NCBI GenBank assembly: GCA_963827235.1
Contig: CAWHAE010000010.1
Location: 544,001 to 608,000 of the forward strand
Direction of reading: 5' to 3'
Source of the DNA: an uncultured bacterium
Lineage (GTDB): Bacteria; Chloroflexota; UBA5177; JANWHV01
Length of the DNA stretch: 64,000 bases
Part shown: in pieces, positions 10,164-18,700 of the stretch
Numbering within the stretch: the stretch's first letter is position 1
How the letters are laid out: every line of letters starts with the position of its first letter
Made by a program: the position numbers and the translations under genes
The notes under the pieces: generated by a model
Seen by the model: only the letters and a program-made list of their open reading frames with translations
Database searches by the model: none
What the model was told of the DNA's origin: nothing

Positions 10164-11276
10164 TCAGTCGCCCGGTTGACGCCACGACTCCGGGGAGTCA
10201 GGGCGTGGCAGTTCGCGTCGGGACCTCGGTCGGGCATTGCGGCGGCGCGGAGTGGACGGCGGATCCGCTGCCGACAGGGTGTAGCCGATGGGTAGCAGGC
10301 GGAAGTGGAAACGGTCCTCAATCGTGCCCCAGAGTCCACGCGGCAAAAAGAGGGCGAACGCAATGGCTGTTGCGCCCAAGCCGACGAGATACCACGCGCC
10401 GTCGTTCGCGAACTGGTTCTGGATCAGGTAGTAGACGACGGCCCCCAGGATCGGGCCCTCGAATGTGCCCAGTCCGCCCACCAACACGATGAAGATCATA
10501 GTGGCCGACCATTGCACGTCGAACACGGACGTCGTCTGGATGAACAGCGTGTTGGCCAGCGTGAGAGCACCGGCGGCACCACAGCCGACGGCGGCCAGCA
10601 CGAACAGGATCCGCTTGGCACGCATGACCGGGACTCCAATCGAGGCCGCCGCTTCTTCATCATCCCGGATCGCCTGGAATGAGGCGCCGGCCCGGCTGCG
10701 CAAGAGGAAGAAGCCGGCCCCAAGCAGCACAACGGCGGCGGCCAGGGCAAACCAGTAAGTATAGTCCTGCCGGTCGGACGGGCTGTAGACGTTGAGCGTG
10801 GTGAGCGAGATACCCGTGCCGCCACCCAGCGACTGGTCGAGCGCCACCAGCAGGGCGAACACTTCGGCGACCACCCACGTTCCGATGGCGAACTGGCCTC
10901 CTCGCAGCCGGAGCACGAGCAGCGAGGTCGGCACCGCGACCAGGCCAGCTCCTACCGCGGCCAGGGCCATCGCCACGTACGGCTGTATGCCGTGCTGGTT
11001 GAGGTAGATAGTGCCATAGGCGCCAAGGCCGATGTACGCCTGCTGGCCGACCGATACCAGCCCGCCGTAGCCGGCCAACGCATTCCACATTCCGGCCAGT
11101 ATCACCAAAATCATCAGCGAGGTCAGCTGCTGGGTGGTGTTCGTGTCAAAGATCAGCGGCACCAAGCCGAGCATGACTATCGAGAGAACAGCCGCCGACA
11201 TCGCGGCGTACGACAGCGTAGTCCACCGCTGCACGCGATATGCGGGCCGGGTCTGCGACATCACCGAGGCGGTCAT
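10164..11276 (-). CDS. HAAT-family ABC permease (LivM-like), probably aromatic acid uptake
   Basis: WNALAGYGGLVSVGQQAY, AIRDDEEAA, GGLGTFEGP; ATG at 11276 overlaps the upstream stop. The track ORF 10164..12173 is over-extended. Confidence 0.88.
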   Translation of the reverse strand: MTASVMSQTRPAYRVQRWTTLSYAAMSAAVLSIVMLGLVPLIFDTNTTQQLTSLMILVILAGMWNALAGYGGLVSVGQQAYIGLGAYGTIYLNQHGIQPYVAMALAAVGAGLVAVPTSLLVLRLRGGQFAIGTWVVAEVFALLVALDQSLGGGTGISLTTLNVYSPSDRQDYTYWFALAAAVVLLGAGFFLLRSRAGASFQAIRDDEEAAASIGVPVMRAKRILFVLAAVGCGAAGALTLANTLFIQTTSVFDVQWSATMIFIVLVGGLGTFEGPILGAVVYYLIQNQFANDGAWYLVGLGATAIAFALFLPRGLWGTIEDRFHFRLLPIGYTLSAADPPSTPRRRNARPRSRRELPRPDSPESWRQPGD

Positions 11277-12151
11277 GCGCCTGCTCCACGGGCGACCAGC
11301 AGACCTCCCCGAGGTGAGGCCAGGACGGCGAGAAACACCAGGTGCCCGGCAAGCAGCGAGTACTGCGGATCGATCTGCGCCCCAATCGACTGCGCGACGC
11401 CGAGCACGATGCCGCCGGCAAGCGTACCCCACAGCGATCCGAACCCGCCTATTACCACGGCCTCGAAGGCGAAGATGAGCTGCGTCGGGCCGCTCGACGG
11501 GTCGAACGTAGAGCGGATGCCGAGAAACAGGCCGGCGAGCGCGGCGGTGGCGACCGCGATCGCCGTGGCGCGCGCATAGACGTCTCTCGCATTGATGCCG
11601 ACCAACTGCGCGGTGTCCGGGTCCTGGGCCGTGGCGCGCATCTCCCGGCCAAGCTCTGTACGCGACAGCAGGAGCTGCAGGCTGCCAAGCACGGCGACCG
11701 CCACGAGCAGGATGACCACGCCCAGGGCCGGTACGGAGAGCTGATCGTTGATTTGCCAGCTGGCCGTGGTCACGGTTCCGGCGTTGCCGCCCAGCGACTG
11801 CACGTCGGGCGAGAAGACCTGCAGGAGGACGTTCTGGATCACGATCGCCAGGCCGAACGTGGTCAGCAGCGGCACGAGCGGACCGGCCATCCGGCTTCGC
11901 TCGAGTAGCAGGATCTGCAAGGCATAGCCCACCACAAGCATGAGCGGCAGAACGAGCAAGGCAGCCAGAAATGGGGAAACCGCAGTGTGGTCGACTACCA
12001 CCCACATCAGGTAGGCGCCCAGCACGGCGATGTCGCCGTGGGCGAGATTGATGATCCGCATGACGCCAAACATCAGCGAGAGCCCGCAGGCCAGCAGGGC
12101 GTAGAGTCCGCCCAGCATCACTCCCTGGACGATGGCGTTGAGCCATGCCAT
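11273..12151 (-). CDS. HAAT-family ABC permease (LivH-like)
   Basis: GLSLMFGVMRIINLAHG, GREMRA, VVIGGFGS. Confidence 0.9.
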   Translation of the reverse strand: MAWLNAIVQGVMLGGLYALLACGLSLMFGVMRIINLAHGDIAVLGAYLMWVVVDHTAVSPFLAALLVLPLMLVVGYALQILLLERSRMAGPLVPLLTTFGLAIVIQNVLLQVFSPDVQSLGGNAGTVTTASWQINDQLSVPALGVVILLVAVAVLGSLQLLLSRTELGREMRATAQDPDTAQLVGINARDVYARATAIAVATAALAGLFLGIRSTFDPSSGPTQLIFAFEAVVIGGFGSLWGTLAGGIVLGVAQSIGAQIDPQYSLLAGHLVFLAVLASPRGGLLVARGAGA

Positions 12152-12876
12152 TAGGCGCTCTCCCGGCCAGCACGCTGGCTCAGGCCAAAGTAGGCGCCTA
12201 CGACCTGCTCGCGAGTGAGCGCGTGAGAAGCGCCCTCGAGCACGATCTGACCCTCGAGCATACACAGCAGGCGATTCGCGGTCGACATCGCCCGGCTGAG
12301 GTCCTGCTCAACCAGCAGGATCGTGGCGCCTCCCTCGCTGAGCGAGCGGAGCGAGGCGTAGACGGCGTCCACGGCTATGGGAGCGAGACCGAGTGACACT
12401 TCGTCAAGCAAGAGCAGTCGAGGATTGCTCATGAGGGCGCGGCCGATCGCTGCCGCCTGCTGCTGTCCCCCTGAGAGCGTCGCGGCCGGTTGCTTCCGCA
12501 ACGGTCGCAGCAGCGGAAATGCCTCCAGCACGCGCTCGACGTTCCAGAGGCCGCGCCTGCCGTTCGCGCTGGCCGTCAGGAGGTTCTCCTCGACAGTCAG
12601 CCCGGGAAACAGGCGTCTGCCCTCCGGTACCAGGGCGATTCCACGGTGCACGCGGCGGTGAGCGGGGAGAGTGGTGATGTCCTGGTCGTCGAAGACGATT
12701 CTGCCGCGAACAGCACGGTGCGCCCCGGCGATCGTGCGCATGAGCGTCGTCTTGCCGGCCCCGTTCGCGCCGACCAGCGCCACCGTCTCGCCATCGGCCA
12801 GGCTCAGGGAGACGTTGCGGACTGCCTGCAGCAGGCCGTGCCGGACCTCGAGTGATTCGACGGCGAGGAGTGTCAT
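12151..12876 (-). CDS. HAAT-family ABC ATPase (LivF-like)
   Basis: Walker A GANGAGKT, VPEGRRLF, LSGGQ, LLLDE. Confidence 0.9.
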   Translation of the reverse strand: MTLLAVESLEVRHGLLQAVRNVSLSLADGETVALVGANGAGKTTLMRTIAGAHRAVRGRIVFDDQDITTLPAHRRVHRGIALVPEGRRLFPGLTVEENLLTASANGRRGLWNVERVLEAFPLLRPLRKQPAATLSGGQQQAAAIGRALMSNPRLLLLDEVSLGLAPIAVDAVYASLRSLSEGGATILLVEQDLSRAMSTANRLLCMLEGQIVLEGASHALTREQVVGAYFGLSQRAGRESA

Positions 12877-13604
12877 GCGCGCTTGCCTCCGAGATACGCG
12901 TCTACGACCGCGGCGTCGCCGATCACTGCTTCCGGATGCCCGTCGGCGATGATCCGTCCGCCGTCCAGGCAGACCAGGCGATCGATGGCCTGCACCAGCA
13001 CGTGCACGATGTGCTCGATCCAGAGGATTGTGACGTGGCGGTGCCGTACTTCCCACACAGTCTCCAGCAGCTCCGCGGCCTCGGCGTCCGACAGGCCGCC
13101 GCCGATCTCGTCCAGAAGCAGCACCGATGGCCGGGTGGCTAAAGCCCGGGCCAGCTCCAGGCGCTTCCGGTGCAGCAGCCCGAGGCTGTCCGCACGTCGA
13201 TTGGCCAGGGCGATCAACCCGCAAAGCTGGAGGACCTCGACGCAGCGATCGTGGGCGGCACGGCCGCGTCCGGCCCCAACAAGGAGGTTTTCGAATACGG
13301 TCATGCCGCCGAAGGGCCGCGGCACCTGGTGCGTGCGGGCCACACCCAACCTGCAGCGTTGGTCGGCACGCAGCCGGCCTACGTCGGCACCGCGAAAGCG
13401 CACGGTGCCGCTGGTTGGACGCAAGGAGCCGGCCAGGATATTGAGCAGAGTGGTCTTCCCCGCCCCATTCGGACCGACCACTCCCACGGCCTCGCCGGGC
13501 CTCATGGCGAGGCTCACGGCGTCGAGAACGACCAGGGCGCCGAATCGCTGTCCGACCGCCACGGCCTCCAGCACCGGCTCAGCGTCCTGCATCATAGCAA
13601 CCAC
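12873..13604 (-). CDS. HAAT-family ABC ATPase (LivG-like); start may be the ATG at 13595
   Basis: GPNGAGKT, LELARALA, LLLDE, WIEH, AYLG. Confidence 0.88.
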   Translation of the reverse strand: MVAMMQDAEPVLEAVAVGQRFGALVVLDAVSLAMRPGEAVGVVGPNGAGKTTLLNILAGSLRPTSGTVRFRGADVGRLRADQRCRLGVARTHQVPRPFGGMTVFENLLVGAGRGRAAHDRCVEVLQLCGLIALANRRADSLGLLHRKRLELARALATRPSVLLLDEIGGGLSDAEAAELLETVWEVRHRHVTILWIEHIVHVLVQAIDRLVCLDGGRIIADGHPEAVIGDAAVVDAYLGGKRA

Positions 13605-13693
13605 TCACTCCTTCGCCCCCTCCAGGTCGCGGACGCTGCCGTCAGGCTGGACCGGGCTGCCGGCGTCCCCACCCGCCGGCAGCCTGCCACACC

Positions 13694-15062
13694 TCACGCG
13701 TAAGGAATCATCTTCGAGGCGATGGGAACACGCGGATCGGACGAGTTCTCACAGATCAGGAAGTCGAGCGGATATTTGCTTCCCTGCACCTTGCGCCATT
13801 GGCCGCCGATGATCGGTGCCGCAACCACGTTTGGCGGAGTCTGTCCCTTACCCCAGGCCAGGCGGCCGATCGGAGTGTCCACGGCAACGTGGCCGATAGC
13901 TGCCGCCAGCTTGGCTTTGTCTTTCGGGTTGCCGCTGAGCATCAACGCGGCCACGGCGACGTCGAAGAGGGCCAGGCTGGGCCCAAGCTGCTGATTCCAC
14001 TGCTTGTTCGAAGACTGCTCGTAGCCGGGCGCCGAGTGCCTTCGAGGTGATGCCGGTGAACGAGGAGCGATAGGGCCAGGTGGGCGCCCAGTACACGCCG
14101 CCGCCCAGGTTGGCACCGATCGAGCCCAGCGAATCGACTTGCGAAGGGAAGAGTCCGGTCTTGGCGATCTGGGCGATCTTTGGCTTGTAGCCCTGCTGTA
14201 CGGCCTGCCGCCAGAACGTAGCGAAGTCGGGCGGGATGGGGAAGGTGTTGAATATCTCGCAGTTCTCCGACTTGAACTTGGAGATCTGGGCAGAGTAGTC
14301 GTTGGTGCCGTCGGCATAGGCGCCCGGATCGACGATCGTGTAGCCGGCCTTCTTGAGCATAGGACCCAGGCTTGCCCGAATGGCATTCCCGTCGGCGTCG
14401 TTCGGCCACATCACGCCGACCGTCTTGTTCGTCGGTACCTGTGGCCAAAGGTGCGTGTAGGCGTTGAAAAACTGCGCGACACCGAAGCAGAAGTGAAAGG
14501 TGTACTTGAACGGCACGGGCTTTGCCGGGTTTGCCTGACGACCGAAGTACCACGCCTCCCAGGGCACGACCGTGGAAATGCAGGGCACACCCGCCGCTTC
14601 CGCGGTGTCGGACACCGGATTCACGGTTTCCGGCGTGGACGTCGTGAGTATCAGGTCGACGCCGTCGCCATTGATCAGGTTGTTGGCGGCCTGCGCGCTG
14701 CGCGGGCCCGACTGGCTATCCTCGTCGATCACTTCCACCGTGTAGCGCGTGCCGCCGATTTCCAGCGCCCGGCCGAACGCTTTCCGCACCAGCCCAAGCA
14801 CGTAGCCGTCGGGTTCGCCGAATCCTGCCGCCGCGCCCGTCCGCGGGCTGACGAAGCCGATCTTGATCGAGCCGGAACCCCCCGAGGCGGCACGCGCAGT
14901 GCTCGTCCGTACGGCCTGGATGGCGCCGGCGCCCGAGGCGGCCAAGGCGCCGGCTCCGATCACCTTGAGGGCGTCGCGCCTGCTGATCTCGCGATTCTCC
15001 AGGCTCGCGGCGAGCAAGCCGGCCGGGCTGCCGGCACTGTCGTCGTTGACGGGGATCGACAC
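13694..15062 (-). pseudogene. Tat-exported HAAT-family ABC substrate-binding protein split by a 1-nt frameshift near 14028 (sequence error or real lesion)
   Basis: GTG at 15062 after AAAGGAGG; twin-arginine signal SRRDALK; IKIGFVSPRTG; the reading '...TSKALGA' continues as 'GYEQSSNKQWNQQLG...' in the adjacent frame once one base of the GGG at 14027-14029 is removed. Confidence 0.8.
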
Positions 15063-15081
15063 GTTGCGCCTCCTTTGTGCT

Positions 15082-15140
15082 GTTCGGCATACGGATCCTT
15101 GTTCTTGATTAGAACATAGCATGGCGATTTTAATAGTCAA
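15082..15140 (-). promoter_or_regulatory. Sigma70-type promoter of the ABC-pob-pca operon with two IclR-type boxes, one overlapping the -10
   Basis: Minus strand TTGACT-N16-TATGTT with an extended TGn; palindrome TGTTCT-N5-AGAACA at 15100-15116; weaker GTTCG-N5-CGGAT at 15082-15096. Confidence 0.6.
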
Positions 15141-15354
15141 TACCCTTCGTCAGCGCCCACGAACGTCCATCGATCGAGCCTGCCGGCGCTGGCGGCTCCA
15201 GGACCACGTCCGAGCCGCGATTCTCTGGCGAGCGCCGTAGCCTGACGTCGAGCTATCGGGCCAGCCGGCAACCGCCGATCGGCTCGCGTCTTGGCCGGCC
15301 GGACATTGACTGCTGCGACCCGATCATGCGATAGTGCATGCAGGAAGCACGACA

Positions 15355-15369
15355 GTTCGTATAGCGCAC
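15355..15369. promoter_or_regulatory. PcaR/PcaU/PobR-type operator
   Basis: GTTCG-TATAG-CGCAC has the same arms and 5-nt spacer as the PcaR/PcaU box GTTCG-ATAAT-CGCAC; upstream of pcaR. Confidence 0.75.
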
Positions 15370-15506
15370 AGGGTCGGTAGGTAATTCTAGAGGCATCGTG
15401 GACGGACTCATCCGCTCGCGAGCCGATGTCGTTCCGTGCCTCTCCGGCTGCCTTGAGCGGACGGTCTGCGATCGTCGGACATTACACGGTGGAGGTTGGC
15501 ATACAA

Positions 15507-16337
15507 ATGAGCGTCGACCATCTTGACGACGGTGCCACGCCGGCAGACGAGCGGCAGGCCAACGGCGGCGAGTTCGTCCAGTCGCTCGAGCGTGGCCTGG
15601 CGGTGATCCGTGCATTCGACGCCGAGCACGCGGAGCTGACGCTCAGCGACGTGGCACGGATCACCGGGTTGACGCGCGCGGCCGCGCGGCGCTTCCTGCA
15701 CACGCTGGTCGAGCTGGGCTACGTGCGCGGCAATGGACGTCTCTTCGCCCTGCGGCCCCGCGTGCTGGACCTGGGTTTCGCCTATCTCTCCAGTCTTGGC
15801 CTTCCAGAGGTAGCGTCCCCGCATCTCGAATCCCTGGTGGCCACCGTGCACGAATCGTGCTCGGTAGCAGTGCTCGACGGGGATGAAGTAGTGTACGTGG
15901 CGCGGGTGGCAACGCGGCGAATCATGAGCGTGGCAGTCAGCGTGGGCACCAGATTCCCGGCCTACGCCACATCACTGGGCAGGGTGCTGCTTGCCGGTCA
16001 GAGCGACGAGTGGCTCGAGGGCTATCTCGCGACGGTTCGTTTGACGCGTTTCACCTCACGCACCATCGACGAGCCCGCACGTCTGCGAGCCGAGATCGCC
16101 CGGGTGCGCGGGCAAGGCTGGGCCATCGTCGACGAGGAGCTGGAGGAAGGCCTGCGCTCGATCGCCGCTCCCATTCACGACGCGCTCGGCAAGGTGATAG
16201 CCGCCGCCAATGTGTCGTCTCCCACGCGGCGCGGAGACCTGGACACGCTCCGGGACGAGCTACTGCCCTTCTTGCTGGACGCAGTGCGCCGCATCGAAGA
16301 AGACCTCCACGCCGTCACGCCGGCCGGACGGGCTTGA
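15507..16337 (+). CDS. pcaR: IclR-family beta-ketoadipate pathway regulator
   Basis: FVQSLERGLAVIRAF, TRAAARRFL, PAYATSLGRVLLA, EELEEGLRSIA; divergent from the pca operon. Confidence 0.92.
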   Translation: MSVDHLDDGATPADERQANGGEFVQSLERGLAVIRAFDAEHAELTLSDVARITGLTRAAARRFLHTLVELGYVRGNGRLFALRPRVLDLGFAYLSSLGLPEVASPHLESLVATVHESCSVAVLDGDEVVYVARVATRRIMSVAVSVGTRFPAYATSLGRVLLAGQSDEWLEGYLATVRLTRFTSRTIDEPARLRAEIARVRGQGWAIVDEELEEGLRSIAAPIHDALGKVIAAANVSSPTRRGDLDTLRDELLPFLLDAVRRIEEDLHAVTPAGRA

Positions 16338-16393
16338 CGGCGGCGCCGGCCGAAGTCGCGCGCCGCTGACCCTCCGGTGCGACTCGGCGCCGC

Positions 16394-16445
16394 CGCTCGG
16401 AACCGTGTCGCTCGGAACCGTGTCGCTCGGAACCGTGTCGCTCGG
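16394..16445. repeat. Tandem repeat of the 15-mer CGCTCGGAACCGTGT, about 3.5 copies
   Basis: Units start at 16394, 16409 and 16424, with a partial unit at 16439. Confidence 0.95.
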
Positions 16446-16560
16446 TAACTCCTCTGCACGAATTGACCTGCGCCGACAGGCGCTGTTCCTACTCGGAACA
16501 GGGATTGCCGGCAGTGTCGGCACTGCGCACCTGCCGGGCGCATGGCGATCAGAACGGCGG

Positions 16561-16858
16561 CTATTGGCTATCGGAAGCAGATAGTCCGGGGAAGAGCCGC
16601 GGTCGCGGACCCGCCCGAGAGAACAACGTGGGTGCCTCTGCACTGCAGCGCTGGCCGCGGAGAGGAGGATCTTCGGCTCCAGGGGTCGCGCTCTGGACGG
16701 GCTGTAGCCAGTTCGTGCCGCGCAAGAGAGTGCCGGACTCCGCCATCGTCGCAAGGAAGCACTGCGCCTCGCGGCCGGCGATGCAGCGCGCGACGTTCGC
16801 GGCAAGCATGGGCCGGCTGAAGTAGTAGCCCTGCGCCACAGTGCAGCCAAGGCGCTCA
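16561..16858 (-). pseudogene. Remnant of the C-terminus of an EAL (c-di-GMP phosphodiesterase) domain
   Basis: '[17 protein letters not shown]' is the typical EAL terminal motif; it begins at the galT stop with no start codon or upstream domain. Confidence 0.65.
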
Positions 16859-17911
16859 GATCCGGGCGATGCGAGAGTAGTGCGTGTCGCTGAGCGAGCG
16901 CAGGCGATCGGCCGCCGTTTCCGGCGTGATGTCGCGCTGCGGTTGGGCGAGCATCTCGAAGCCGACCATGAATTTTCGCACCGTGGCAGAGCGCAGCAGC
17001 GGCGGGTAGAAATGGGCGTGCAGGTGCCACTCGCCGTGCTCGGCGCCGTCGATAGGCGCCTGGTGAAATCCCATTGAGTAGGGGAACGACACCTCGAACA
17101 GGTTGTCATAGCGGGCAGTAGCCTTGCGCAGGATCTCGGCCAATGCGCTCACTTCCGCTGCCGTCAGGTCGGTGAGCGAGCCGAAGTGGCGGTTCGAGAT
17201 CAGCAAAAGCTCGAATGGCCAGACTGCCCAGTATGGCACCACCGCAGTGAAATGAGTATTCGCAACAACGACGCGATCGGCCGCGGCGACCTCGGCTCCG
17301 ACGTAGTCGCATAACAGACACCGGCCGTGGCCGGCCAGGTATTCGCGCTGCGCGACCAGCTCCTTGTGTGGCTCCGTCGGCACGTGGCTCGTAGCCCAGA
17401 CCTGATTGTGAGGGTGAGGCATGGAGCAACCCATCACAGCGCCCTTGTTCTCGAAGATCTGCACGTAGCCGATGAAGTCCCGGCTGCCGAGGTCCACCGT
17501 CTGCTCGATCCAGGTCCGGACCACGGCTTCGACCTCAGCCTGGCTGAGCTCGGGCAGCGTGAGGTCGTGCCTGGGCGAAAAGCACATCACGCGGCACATA
17601 CCCGTCTCCGTCTCGACCCGGAATAGATCGGGAGGAAGCGAGCTCTGCTCGGCGTCGGGCGTGACGCGATCGGGGGGCAACAAGGCCGCGAAGTCGTTGT
17701 CGAAGCTGTACGTAGAGGTGTATTGCGGATTGACGACACCTTCGGCGCGCCGGTTTCCCGGGCACAGGTAGCAGCTCGGATCGTATGCGGGAAGGGCGGT
17801 TTGTGCCGGCTTCTCCACCTGCCCAAGCCAGGGACGGCGGGCGCGGTGCGGAGACACCAAGACCCATTCGTGAGTCAGCGGGTTGAGGCGACGATGCGGA
17901 TAGTCCAGCAC
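16856..17911 (-). CDS. galT: Galactose-1-phosphate uridylyltransferase
   Basis: [52 protein letters not shown]. Confidence 0.96.
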   Translation of the reverse strand: MLDYPHRRLNPLTHEWVLVSPHRARRPWLGQVEKPAQTALPAYDPSCYLCPGNRRAEGVVNPQYTSTYSFDNDFAALLPPDRVTPDAEQSSLPPDLFRVETETGMCRVMCFSPRHDLTLPELSQAEVEAVVRTWIEQTVDLGSRDFIGYVQIFENKGAVMGCSMPHPHNQVWATSHVPTEPHKELVAQREYLAGHGRCLLCDYVGAEVAAADRVVVANTHFTAVVPYWAVWPFELLLISNRHFGSLTDLTAAEVSALAEILRKATARYDNLFEVSFPYSMGFHQAPIDGAEHGEWHLHAHFYPPLLRSATVRKFMVGFEMLAQPQRDITPETAADRLRSLSDTHYSRIARI

Positions 17912-18066
17912 GATCTCTGCTCCTCGATCTCTCGGTCATGGCGCAAAATACGGCCGGCGCGGACGCGGGTACCGGGTCCGGCTGTCTTGAAGCGTAGCCG
18001 CGTCCCTGGGTGGTTCGTCAAGCGCGAGCATGCGCGCTTCGCTCCCGCGATCCGGGCCGAGCTGTT

Positions 18067-18522
18067 CTATCGTGACCGCTCCCACATCTGCTGGATGATC
18101 TGGAGGTGCCCCACATGCAGCGCTCCGTGCTCGACGCCGTGTACGATGGCCCATGCCGCGGAGTACTCGCGGCCATGCATAGCAGAGAAGCGTTGCACAT
18201 CGAGGTGCTCAGGGTCGAGATCGTCGAGTGCTTCCTCGGCGTAAGCATCCGCCTGTGCCAGCCGCGCAAGGAGAGCGTCTCGGCCCACATCGGCCGCACT
18301 GAATTCCGCTTCGCGATCCCGGCCCGATGCCTCGCCGCGTGCCACGTCGCCGAGCCAGTAGCGCTCGGCGCCCAGCATGTGCACCACGGTCGCGCAGATC
18401 GAGTTCATTCCGGAGCCGGGCGCCCAGTCCAGGGCCTCGCCGGGCACCGCTTCGATGACCTTCCGGGTCTCGGAATGGACAAACCGCAGACGTTCGAGCA
18501 CTGCTTCCATCAGAGGTTCCAC
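18067..18522 (-). CDS. DinB/DUF664-family four-helix protein
   Basis: NSI...VVH..GAE.YW, RDREAEF, H.VEH.ALHVGH metal-binding His pattern. Confidence 0.8.
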   Translation of the reverse strand: MEPLMEAVLERLRFVHSETRKVIEAVPGEALDWAPGSGMNSICATVVHMLGAERYWLGDVARGEASGRDREAEFSAADVGRDALLARLAQADAYAEEALDDLDPEHLDVQRFSAMHGREYSAAWAIVHGVEHGALHVGHLQIIQQMWERSR

Positions 18523-18700
18523 CGCTGTCTCCCGTCACTTCCTTGCCTGGGGCTCCCTCGATCGGGCACGCCGCGCGTCTCTCACTGTATCAGGGTGAGC
18601 AGCGCTCTGGCACCCTCCAGTTCCCGGTCGCCGGCTCATGTCCGAGTGCATACACCGGCCGGCAGCAGCCCACCGTCAGAGCAAGCAGCTTGAAGGAGCG

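Noticed and set aside
10164-12173. 669-aa 'fused' permease in the ORF track
   Set aside because: The N-terminal ~300 codons overlap the livH-like gene in another frame; the real start is the coupled ATG at 11276.
16394-16445. Possible CRISPR array
   Set aside because: The 15-bp units are contiguous with no spacers, and there are no cas genes in the window.
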